DNA of 64,000 nt from positions 17,750,871 to 17,814,870 of the forward strand of contig NC_092676.1 of assembly GCF_964355755.1 (NCBI RefSeq), given 5' to 3'. Numbering within the stretch: position 1 is the stretch's first letter; every line of letters begins with the position of its first letter. Origin of the DNA: Antedon mediterranea (Eukaryota; Animalia; Echinodermata). Positions 54,101-64,000 of the stretch are shown here, piece by piece. The notes beneath the pieces were generated by a model, which did no database searches, was not told where the DNA came from, and saw only the letters and a program-made list of their open reading frames with translations. Position numbers and translations under genes: made by a program.

Positions 54101-57100
54101 TAAATCAATATTGTTATCGAATAATATGAACCGTATAGCTGCATCCGGGATATGCATGGGAACTTTGGGAGTGTTGGATAGAACTTTTATTCTCGTCGTA
54201 GAATATTTACATTCAAGTATTTAAGATTAGTTTTATGTGAATGGCATCAGGCCGGCCTATATTTAAAACTGAAATGTAAACAATGTACAGATAACAGACT
54301 ATTAAAGTTTTTGTCGACAAAGATTATACGTTTTATAATGCATACATGTGCGTTTACGGATGGGTTTCCTTCATCCAATTATCATAATTGTTTACGTAAA
54401 CGTTCCTTTTAATTTACTGTTTGAGCGAACTGTATTAATAATAATTTGGTAACCGGGTAATCGGACCTGAAAAAAACAGACGATGAACTCGGGAACGTCA
54501 TTGAAGAACCAAAAATGGTTCTGCTACTATAGATGTAGATATGTAGGCTTACGCATGCGCATAAAATGACGATTTTACTTTGCGCGAATAAGAAAATAGG
54601 GCCGTACTTACCGTGCGTTTGCGATCTTGTTTTATTTTGGATAGTCGGATCTGTTTCAAATACTGATGGTACTCGTTGAATTCTTTTAATGTGCATAATA
54701 CCTATATAAGATTATACTTTTGTAAATATTAATTCGTTTAAAATTATATAGCGTGTATTATTAATAATAAACCTAATATTAAATTATGCTTGAGCAGTAT
54801 GATCGGTGGAGCTATTGGATGCGGAAAAGAACGTTGTTTTTGTAATTAATGATAACATATAATTATACATAATAAATGTAAATTATACCCATTATGATAC
54901 TATTTAAAATTAAACATCGTACTTTATTTTTTTTGAAAAATAAAATCTATTTCTATATTTTTTGTACCTATAATGTTGTGTTTGTATTCCATTTTCCTAT
55001 TTCATTTATGTACTTTAATTTGTAAATAGTTTTTAAACTGACAACCATCCGCTTTTTGGTTACATATATGTTTTGTCAATAATGTTTGTCTAACTAGAAA
55101 TTATATTTAGCCTTTTTAGTAAGGCAAGTAATACTACATTTTTTTAGATTTGCGTGGATTTTAAAGCTCTTTTTACACTTATCAAACTCTATGTGAAAAA
55201 AAAAATGTGGTGTGCCCATATGGACATGCTCCTGTCACTACCTTATTTGAGTATATTACTACCATATTTAGGCACATCATATTTATTTTTCAACATAGTT
55301 TGATAGTGTGAGTTTAAGGCTTAAACCTAATCCTGGCATTCTAATTACGGTAATATGCCGTTACCTTTCCGTCAGATGTAATGAATCCATTTTTAACGAG
55401 TCGTTTGTATACAGCAGATCGAGTATAGTGCCACTTCAGATGGGGATCATGCAGGCTTTTGTACTGGACTGAGATCGTTTGAGGACTCGCATCAAAATCT
55501 AAATCACTGGGTGTACAGTCAATCTAGAAATTAAGACAAAATTATGAAGTTGTTTAAAGTTTGTTTTTTTTTTTCATCTTTTTGAGCCAAATTATATTGG
55601 CGCTTGGCATTGCAGAGTGTTAAATCCTTTACAAAATAATTGTATTATTTTGTTGTGTTTGTTAAAGGGGAACTAATAATAGTAGACAATTTACAAATGT
55701 TGGTAATGCAGGATCCACTTTTTTATAATTCAAATTCATCTTTACTGGTCTAATTCGTAGTGAATATAGGCCTACAATTAGACTAGAAATGTGAAAATGA
55801 GTGCTGCGAGCAGTCTTATATGGCACAACGCATGGCTCTCACCCTACGGACACAAATCGATTGTTTATAGTTTTCCAAATATTATGCAGTGTAAAATCTA
55901 CGTCGCCTGCAATAATTTATTTCACCCTCAGAGAGAGCGAAAGCCGTAAACTTTGTCTAGGTCGTCTTAGGCCAATTTTTGTAGAAAAACGATGAACCTT
56001 CGGTTCTGACAATGAAGCGTGACAGTAAGTAAAATTGCTGTGCAGGATAATGAATAGACGCTACGCAGCAAAAATCTTTGTTGAAGGTAAAATGTAAAAT
56101 GTATTATATTACAGAAAAAAAGGTCAATAATATACAAAAATTTAATATTTATGATTCAGATGTTTTTTCCATGAGTAAATTAAGTATAAGTATACCAAAC
56201 CAGGGAGAGAACACTTGATTCATATTTAAAATCAAGAACCGACACATCAACTCCAATTGTATGCCTTGCCCTACTGGTGATCTTATCCAACAGTAAATCT
56301 TGTCTTTTGCAATTACACTTTATCTTAATGTATTTAGACATCGTAATAAGTAAATAAACTTAATTGTGCATCTTCATGTTGTATAGTGCTTGTACTTTTT
56401 TTATTGTTTTTAATCTTCTTTGTTTAAGTTCATAAGATTTCTCACTCACGACGATAATAAAAAGCAACTGTTAAAATGTTAATGTTGTTTCGTGAATAAA
56501 TAAAGATTTGATTTGACTTAACTTGATGTATTCTCCTTTTAGGTATTCCCATTTTATGCATTCCTATTTTATGCATTCCCATTTTATGCATTCCCATTTT
56601 GTCTATTCTCATTTTAGGTATTCCCTTTTTTAGACATTCCCATTTTAGGCATTACCATTTTATGGATTTGCCGTTTGTGCATTACAATTTTGTGCATTTC
56701 TATTTAGGCCTATATTTCATTCATTCTCTTTTTAGTATATTCCCATTTTACGGTCGTTTATTATGCATTCCCATTTTATATAGGGGCTAATTCCAAACAT
56801 ATATTGGTTATATCGGATTAAAATTAAACGTGTGACTGATACATGTTTTGATTAAATATCAGGATAATTGTCGAAGAATGACGCACGAAAATGATGTAAT
56901 GTAATCAACTAGCACTTTAATCATCCGTATTCTGAGACTTAGCCACTTAGAAAATCAAGTTTAATTAATCTTGGTTGCTTTAAGACCTATCTTGCTGGCT
57001 TTCTTTAAATTTGTTTGTTAAATATTGCATTACTTATGCAGTCTCAAGAAATATGTCCGTGTGTTTTTCCATTGACATTTTGCATCGTATCGCATTCATA

Positions 57101-57618
57101 TTAGGCCTAGGCCTAGGCCTATGTCTAAGCGGATTTACTAACCTCGGTAAAAAAAAGTACGCATTCGTATTCGTTGTCTCTGCAAACGATGTTATCAAAT
57201 TTGTGCGCAAATAAGTAATATCTGACCAGTTATTTATTTTAATTGATTATTTTTGTATCAATTTTTCTAACTAGGCTATAGGCCTAGGCCTAGGTCTATT
57301 CCCAAGGCCTACATATCAATATTATTAAAATAAAATAAAATTATTATTAAAATGGAAAGACTGTACCTTTTCGCAAAGTCCTGTTGTAAAAAGTACGTAC
57401 TTGCCCTTCGGTGCATCGATCATTGGTAGCTTGCTGTGCATAGGTGTGTTGATCATCCAGGCAGGTAAAGCTGGCATTTCCACGACGCTCTTTTCATTTC
57501 CAAGGGAAAAGTAACTCGAATTTGGTTTAGCACCATCCATACAATCGTCATTGGATACGCCGTCTCTTACGACTGCCTTCTCAACTGGCACTTTCAGCAA
57601 CGTCTCGTCTTGCGGCAT
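39176..57618 (-). CDS. FSIP2: Fibrous sheath-interacting protein 2-like protein (~1,900 aa; FSIP2-type N-terminus, coiled coil, long Ser/Lys-rich C-terminus)
   Basis: The N-terminal exons encode KLPMIDAPKGKYVLFTTGLCEK / YKSLHDPHLKWHYTRSAVYKRLVKNGFITSDGK / VLCTLKEFNEYHQYL, the FSIP2 N-terminal signature. Phase-consistent exons: 57367-57618, 55365-55523, 54612-54701, 53889-54013, 49845-49986, 49381-49491, 49097-49244, 48789-48920, 48221-48345, 47676-47868, 47118-47280, 46560-46602, 46138-46419, 44417-45907, 43885-44226, 43675-43758, 39176-41023. Orthology rests on the N-terminus only. Confidence 0.75.
41234..43370. mobile_element. Harbinger-like MITE interrupted by a nested Academ-like element
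   Basis: TIR TGGCCGTATTCATCAATC...GATTGATGAATACGGCCA with a CAG duplication (41231-41233 and 43371-43373). Confidence 0.8.
41385..43269. mobile_element. Non-autonomous Academ-like DNA transposon
   Basis: Termini TAGTCAGGTGGCTTA...TAAGCCACCTGACTA with TTA on both flanks; inverted arms of >150 bp; internal ~140-170-bp subrepeats. Confidence 0.85.
43433..43579. mobile_element. Tourist/PIF-Harbinger-like MITE
   Basis: 23-bp perfect TIR AGCTCTGTCTACACTATCAAACT with a TAA target duplication. Confidence 0.9.
47313..47570 (-). mobile_element. SINE-like remnant (related fragment at ~17820-17880)
   Basis: The minus strand reads CCTTGGATAAGGACTAC...TTAAAGAACCTAATGCATCTTT...GTAGGGAGTTACCCCGG; 17838-17875 carries TTAAGAACCCAGTGCATCTTTCGAAAGAGTAAG. 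Confidence 0.4.
50131..50745 (-). mobile_element. 5'-truncated CR1/L2-type LINE 3' fragment
   Basis: The ORF ends in HAHSTRHS...TFYASEFKEWNKLPSTIKSTEIVNAFRKLVKNNL, a typical ORF2 C-terminus (WNxLP..FK). The 3' UTR ends in AAATAAATGAATGAATG. Confidence 0.7.
51159..53420 (+). CDS. Type-I transmembrane C-type lectin domain receptor (~330 aa) nested in FSIP2-like intron 4
   Basis: Exon 51159-51225 encodes a signal peptide (MDILVFTSSIFLMVIKISIAAI). Exon 51610-52176 encodes the CTLD (SCYKV, TWNDARTAC, FIGL, WKWDG, YSNWNIGEPS, CAGV, WYDIRC, ILCQ). Exon 52435-52551 encodes the TM helix (VSVIVAQAILIVLLIVLAICMA-QKR). Exon 53179-53420 encodes a Tyr-rich tail. All introns are phase-1 GT-AG. Confidence 0.9.
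55164..55315. mobile_element. Degenerate inverted copy of the 43433-43579 MITE
   Basis: AGCTCTTTTTACACTTATCAAACT...ACTACCATATTTAGGCAC...AGTTTGATAGTGT. Confidence 0.7.
56530..56785. repeat. Degenerate ~15-bp tandem repeat
   Basis: Repeated CATTCCCATTTTATG-like units. Confidence 0.75.
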
Positions 57619-57813
57619 GCCTTTTTGTGAGTGGCTACCAAGCTAATTTATCATTGAATAATGCGCATAGAGTGATTGGAGCCTGCCCATGTTAATTTGG
57701 ATGTGTGGCAGATAGACAGATTTAATGGGACATGTGTTGTTATTTTACTCCTCTCTGTCTATGTGTTGTTACTTTACTCCTCTCTCTCCGTACTGTTTCA
57801 AAACATAACAATC

Positions 57814-57905
57814 GTTGTTATGGTTGCAAAAACAAGCGTGTGCGTGTCATTCGGATATCCGATGATGCGCGCGATATGTTTCCTAGGTTATTGCTATGGG
57901 GAAAT
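57814..57905. promoter_or_regulatory. X-box (RFX)-like motifs in the CpG-rich FSIP2-like promoter
   Basis: GTTGTTATGGTTGC (57814-57827) and GTTTCCTAGGTTAT (57878-57891) lie 200-270 bp upstream of the ATG. Confidence 0.4.
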
Positions 57906-60001
57906 GCGCTGCATCGCAACGGGATACTTGCGCGCGTGCATCATCAATGTTATTTGGGTCACGTGGCGCTATAGTATCTTTCGTGGTCTAAATCGGGTAT
58001 ATTGCTTGCAGTGGGCCGGTTATAATGAACCTTGTTCCCCATCAGGTTATGGTTTGAGACAAATATTTTCAGCCCGACAAATACAGGAATTGTGATTTTT
58101 GAATGGGAAGAGTCCAGTTCATTCTATACTAGCGATGATTGTTGTTTTTAGAAAACTATCATATATCCATAGATCTTAGCACAAACCATGACTTTTCCAA
58201 ATCTTTGAGCCAGATCCAGTGAGTCGACTGATAACTACAACGTTTTGCTACTGTCGTAGGTATATAACTAGGATTTCCTCGATTAATTATGAATATCAAA
58301 TAAAAAACAAAACAACTAAACTCATGCAATAATGATATCAAACATCTTTGGCCACTTGAATGCGGTTGAAAGTAACAGATTATTTATGAATACAAAACAC
58401 AGATATACTCCAAATTCTAATGAAGATAATTTCTAATAATACAGTACTGTATACGTTGACAAGGAATAATAAACCCATAAATCTATTCAGTTGTGCGCCT
58501 TATGTGCCACGGGCACGAATAGGATAAAGTAAATGTATTCAGTATATATACTGAACTGTCACACGTAACATGCACATCGTATATTGCATACCAAAATGTA
58601 ATACTGTGTATATTAAATAGGTTTTGGTTTGTTGTGTTTTTTTTTGTGTGCATATATTCACATGATTATTATAATATACATTAATAGTAGAGCGATCAAG
58701 ATTTATTTTAGAGAAGTATAGTGCACTTTAATGGAAGGATTAAGCATTAAACTTCCCATAGTTGCTCTATAATAACATCACCAAAGGAAAAAAAAAGGAC
58801 CACAAACAGTAAGAACCCGAGTGGCCACCATCAATGATATACAAGTTTACCCAATATTGAGGACACATAGTCATTACTATAATAATTATACCCATATATT
58901 CAACCGGGGGTATCGTGAAATCATCAAGACTTTAAATTGAATGGTAAAGGGTTTTTTTATATTAAAATCAAATATAATCAAAAATCAATATTGTACCCTT
59001 TTACCACCGAGCTTTTTCCTTCTTGTATAAATGAAGTGATCATTATCAAGGAAAAACTAACTTCAAGGAAATCGTAAGAGAAATAGGCCTACAACATTAC
59101 CTTTTATGGCTATAGCAATCTTTTTATTATAAACAGAATTATAATATTATAATATTTGTTTTTAAATTGTATTTTTTAGTATTATTTTCGGTTGGCACTT
59201 TCAGTAGAATCTTTGTTTCTTGAAATCTGTGTCCCCTTCATGTTGTATTTTGTAAGAAATTATATTTGTTAGTTTATGAATGAAGGAAATAAATGTTATT
59301 TTGATTGATTGATTGAAAAATTGTTTTCCCGGCCAGACCGGAAGGAAGCGTTATTTTAAAAAGAAAATGAAACAAAATAAACCAGAAATATTTCTTACAA
59401 AAAACGCTGCTCGACATTTTAAACTTACTCATCTTTCTTCAGATATATTTATGATTAATTAGTGTGACCTCAGCCTGTAGGCATGCAACTGAATATCCTC
59501 TAGAGACAACGTGACAAAAGTCTTCCCAGTCTGTTGATTCGCGTCAACCAATCAAAGGGCAAGAACCCAAAATCGTTCAACCATGAGCCCTCATAGACTC
59601 TCTTTTCCCAGACGTTTTTTGGGTCCAGCAGCTGGGATCTATAAATTATAGTCGAGTTTACAAAGTCGCAAAACTGTCGGCCTTAGATACTATAACTGCT
59701 GCTTGCCTTAGCTTCTGAATGAGTAGTCATCATGGGACGTAGCGGGCTAGAGCAGCAGCATGAAAAAAAAAGTTTTTGTTGCTTCTACATCCAAACATTG
59801 CGAAATATATCGACAAAAATTAAAGTAAATAATAAAATAATAGGCAGATTTGATTCATGGTGGTCTGTACTTAAATATAATTAACACAAATAATCAACTT
59901 TGGTAGCCATATTGAAATCCAAAAAGGCAGCCATGGGACATTATTTCTGATTAATTCATTAAATTCTTGATGAAAATATATTGAACGATTTTGTAGGATA
60001 T

Positions 60002-60322
60002 TATCAGGGAAGAGTTAATAACTCTTCCCTGATATTATTAATATATTGGTAATAAATAACATATTCTGGCAGTCATGGGTAACCCTTCATTGGTCATTAC
60101 TATAATGCCTTTGCTTAAGATTGATAAATTTAAATATTTTAGCGGCCATCTTGGAATTCAAAATGGCCGCCATTGAACACAAATTGTTATGATTGCATGA
60201 TACCCGCTGATATTGAAAACATGGGTATAGGTCTTCGAATCATGACTTCATTAAATTGAGGTTTAATAGAAAAAGAACTCTTCCTTGTCGGAATGCCAAT
60301 TTATAATCTGTTTGATTTCTAA
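60002..60322 (+). mobile_element. Possible Helentron-associated (HINE/DINE-like) non-autonomous element
   Basis: Perfect 16-bp hairpin TATCAGGGAAGAGTTA-A-TAACTCTTCCCTGATA at the 5' end; a second sub-terminal AACTCTTCCTTG at ~60276; internal GCGGCCATCTTGGAATTCAAAATGGCCGC. Confidence 0.4.
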
Positions 60323-61188
60323 TTTATTTATTTGCACATGTGTAACCTATATAACCTGTAAACTATTTTTAGCATAATTACATCCACAGCTCGTAGTATT
60401 GCGATGGCGCTAGTTACAACTCGTTATGCGTGGTTAATTAAATTGAATGACGTAATGCATAAACGGGCATAAATAAAGAAGATGAGATGTAAATTAGAGA
60501 ACGACGAATGGATTTAGCTGAATAGGCACGTTCAAATAAGATTTTATCGTGCTATTCCTGCTAATATTGAATATCACGTTGGCAGGAAGAGCATTCACAT
60601 AGAATTCAACATCGTGATTATGCTAATGAGGTGCACTGATGTGTGAAAAACCAAACACATGTTTGGACGTGCATACGTGGGAAGGGGTTGTTGATTCTTT
60701 GTTGTTTTGGAATTTCGTCATGCCTACCATGCATATATGTATTGTGTGGAATAATTAATTACGAATGATAGTAATATCGAAACGTGACAATTTTTAATAA
60801 CATTTGAATCTAATAATAACATTTAACAATATTTCATAATGAATAGATGACTAGTTTTTGGAGCAGGAAGAAAGTAGATCAAACCCAGAAAATTATCTCA
60901 TATTTCATGTAGCACAATACAATAAAATAATACTATGGAACTGAAATACTGAAACAAAAATAAATAACTTAGGCCTACGGTACTTGTTTACCCTGCAAAA
61001 TTGTGAACGAAAATACTGAAACATAAACTAAATATATATATTATAATACTGTACATATTGGCATATTTTATAACAATTGACATTTAAACAAAATTGAATG
61101 AAAGAATGTTTATAATTGCACATATTTGGAATGTTTAAGCATTGCATATATTGTATTATACATAATATTGTAAACAAAAATAAACTAA

Positions 61189-61620
61189 ATGAAGCTAAAC
61201 ACAACATACTATAAATTTAAATGTGACTTGTGCGATGCAAGTTATGTTGGATATACATGCCGACACCTCTACCAACGCATTGTTGAACATAGTAGATGCT
61301 TAATAGGACAGCATTTGAAGGATCATAAAGTGATTGTTAATCCCAGTAAAATTAATTCATGTTTTAGTATACTTAGGAAATGCAAAAACAAATTTGACTG
61401 TCTTATCTATGAAATGTTGTATATCAGACAATTAAAACCTAGTCTGAATAAACAAAGTGACTCTGTAAAAGCTAAGCTTTTCATTTGACAGGATGTTAGA
61501 CAATAGGTCTTTTGTTATTTAAACTTTGACCCTTGGCTTGTGCTACTTAATTAGTTGTTGTTTTATATTTTATTCATTGGACTTGATAATGACCCCATGA
61601 TGGAGTCGAAACGTCGTTCT
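61189..61620 (+). mobile_element. Penelope-like retroelement 3' fragment (GIY-YIG endonuclease plus 3' UTR)
   Basis: YKFKCDLCDASYVGYTCRHLYQRIVEH...FSILRKC...LIYEMLYIRQLKPSLNKQ matches the PLE GIY-YIG domain and is followed by a hammerhead-like motif. Confidence 0.88.
61579..61619 (+). ncRNA. Minimal type-I hammerhead ribozyme, U3-A8 core variant
   Basis: GGAC-TTGATAA-T-GACCCCATGATGGAGTC-GAAA-CG-TC-GTTC: helix I GGAC/GTTC, helix II GACCCCAT/ATGGAGTC with one mismatch, GAAA core and a GUC cleavage triplet. Confidence 0.6.
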
Positions 61621-61928
61621 CTTTTAAGCGTTATTTTTATATTATGTATTTACAATAAACGTACTCTCATTCGTAAAAATGCATCTGTTATATAAATTTT
61701 ATTTTAACACAATACTTCAAGAGACCATTCTTTGGCATAGATAATTAAATTTCACAAATTGTTTTGCTTTTGGTATTGTATTGTATGGTCAAGTTATGCA
61801 ATATTGGGATGTTTTGAAAACAATTGAGAGAAATTGCACTTTTAGCGGGAGACATGAGACCCCTCCTAACAAAATTTGGCAAGTTTATGTATCTCTTTTA
61901 ACTCATTGAATTTAGTCATTGCTCTGAC

Positions 61929-63623
61929 TTACACAATCACTTTGACATAGTTGGCAGGAAATATTCCTACACGTCCATATAGCTCTCCTTCCCACCAATC
62001 AAATTGGGTGTCGGTCCGGGTAATAATGGTGATTCGATCATTTGTTGCAAAGGTAAGGTCGCAGGGTAGAATTGCTATAAATGGTTCTTGTGCAATCCCA
62101 ATCATTGGCTTGTCCCATGAATCAGCTTTCGTTAAATCTAAATATTCAGAGGATGAAAGTTGTAAATTATTAAATAATTAAAAACAACTTAATAAAAAAA
62201 TTCAATTTAAACACAGCATTTCATTTTTCAAAAAGTTGTTTTCAACTACTGCAATAATGGATTTGTATTTTTCTCTTTCTAGTGATAACCAACACAAAGC
62301 ACAGTAGACTAGAATGTTACACCATCTCCTATAAGGATCCCTTCATGTTGAGCTCTTAACAGAGCTGATTCGTTTATCTGTAATAGGATGAGAGGGATCA
62401 GTACTCTCTTCAAAAAGATGATGGGTTCACTGGAGTCCTTATCAGAGAAGACTTGTTCTACCACCAATACTGTGGCCAAGTAGAGATTTGGACCTGTGCT
62501 GATTTTATCGCTGTGGTTTTTGTGGTGCCATTGACTTAACCTCTAGACCAGTCAACTCAACTTTGTCTTAAAAAGATACACATAATTCACAACAGAATGG
62601 ATTTTAAATTTACCTGAGGTACTTAATGTTTTTTTGTTTTCTGTCTGAACTGAAAGAAACTGCTGGGCTTTGGATGTCCTGTTCATGTTTCTGGAATAAC
62701 TTCTGGATTCTATCATAAAACCACTTTTATTGCTTTTTCCAGATGAAGAAAGCCTTGAACCAATTAATGGCGAGCTAGTTGGACTTGAATCAGCACTCTT
62801 TGATTCTGGTTTGTTCAATGGCTGTAAGTTTGGACCAGAATGGATTGCACTTCTGTTGCTACTTCTGGAGCTTCTGCTGAAAATGGATGTCTTTGTCTTA
62901 GGTGAATCAATTGCATCAGCACTCTTGCGTTTAGAATCAGGTCTGATCTTTTCCTCAGAATTATTATTATTATCAATTCTATGCTCACTTTTCGATGAAA
63001 TGTCTGTCAAAAATAAAAATGTGTACTGTATAAATCACATAATACTGAGGAAGACAAAAACAAGATGGAGAGATGGAATTGTAGCATTTGCTGGCATATC
63101 CTGAATAAGAAATGGGTCCAGCTTGGGGTCTTCATCGTGCAGGCTGATAATGCTGAAATGATGACTATGATGATGTATAAATCAATGCTTTGTTTTATCA
63201 ATTTGGCAGTCAGTGGCATAACGATTATATGAGCGCTCACTGGCTAAACTCAGGTGCCCCACAGCTGAAGCCTAGGGCCTCAGAGCATGAGTAACCTCAA
63301 TGCAACTACCCAGCATTGGAGGACCCCCTAGTCACCAACTCTGGTGGTTGAAATGCAAGAGGTTACTTTCACAATTGTGAGCACACAACACAGACTCCTA
63401 AAACTTGCCTTTATCCTTCTTGATACTGTTCATTACACTTAGCTTAGCCATTCCCATAGCTTCCTTGCCTTTCTTACGAGCTTCCTTCTTAGCCATCTGC
63501 CCAAGTGCTTCCATACCAGACTTTACATGCTGCTGCAAAGCCTTGTAGAGTGGCTCACATTCATCAGGTGGTTCAACATCTCCACTTAGGATTTGAAAAG
63601 CTCGAATGTCACACCCATAGAAT
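61929..63623 (-). CDS. SH3YL1: SH3 domain-containing YSC84-like protein 1, last three exons (5' part lies beyond the right edge)
   Basis: Exon 63409-63623 encodes the end of the SYLF/Ysc84 domain (FYGCDIRAFQILSGDVEPPDECEPLYKAL). Exon 62614-63003 is a Ser-rich linker. Exon 61929-62137 encodes an SH3 domain (DLTFATNDRITIITRTDTQFDWWEGELYGRVGIFPANYV, stop TAA). Phases are consistent, with one GC donor. Confidence 0.85.
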
Positions 63624-64000
63624 CTATAAATATCAAGTATGTGGCAGCAAAAAACGTGTTTTGTCTATAGACCAATAACTTTATACAATGGAATGTATAT
63701 TCATTATCTTTAAGTGAATTTTACCCAACCTGGTACAAATTGAAAAAAAAAGAAACCGAGTGAAATACACGGCAAAATAAAAAGAGCAACAGAGGGCATG
63801 ATATTTATTATTTTGACCCATAAATTGAAGATAAAGATAACTTGAGATAGTATGGTCTGTAAGTATATATCTATATTAATGTCTATATATGATAAATTGT
63901 GGACACTATCGTGCAAAAAACAATATGCTTCTGGGAGAGACTCTATCTTGAATCCTACAGTACCTCTAGATCACTTAACTTATTAAACTGGTAAAAACTA

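Noticed and set aside
57676-58095. 139-aa hydrophobic ORF on +
   Set aside because: Non-ATG start, no domain, and it overlaps the FSIP2-like promoter/5' region.
59540-59830. CCAAT plus TATAAA followed by a short ATG frame
   Set aside because: No supported downstream exon or recognisable product.
62310-62566. Exon-like, GC-richer stretch inside the last SH3YL1 intron
   Set aside because: The phase-compatible frame has an early TAA; the direct 62614-62137 splice is in frame.

Overview
AT-rich, intron-rich eukaryotic DNA from an animal; gene content and repeats suggest a marine invertebrate (inference). No rRNA, tRNA or CRISPR was found. Five spliced genes were reconstructed by hand from splice sites and codon phase. 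(1) A LOXHD1-like multi-PLAT gene on - (ATG 27500, 44 exons and at least 16 PLAT repeats in the window, running off the left edge). (2) A divergently oriented C2H2 zinc-finger gene on + (31112-34376) with a Gln-rich 10-aa repeat tail. (3) An FSIP2-like ~1,900-aa gene on - (57618-39176) with AKAP-like helices. (4) A type-I transmembrane C-type lectin with an ITIM-like tail, nested antisense in an FSIP2-like intron (51159-53420). (5) The 3' end of SH3YL1 on -. The mobile DNA includes three non-autonomous elements with TAGT...ACTA ends, long TIRs and 3-bp TSDs (Academ-like). One is a fold-back built from two inverted transposase remnants, one carries a 2.1-kb 30-bp minisatellite, and one is nested in a Harbinger-like MITE. 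There are also several other MITEs, LINE remnants, and a Penelope 3' fragment with a variant minimal hammerhead ribozyme. Family names come from motif recall, not database searches.
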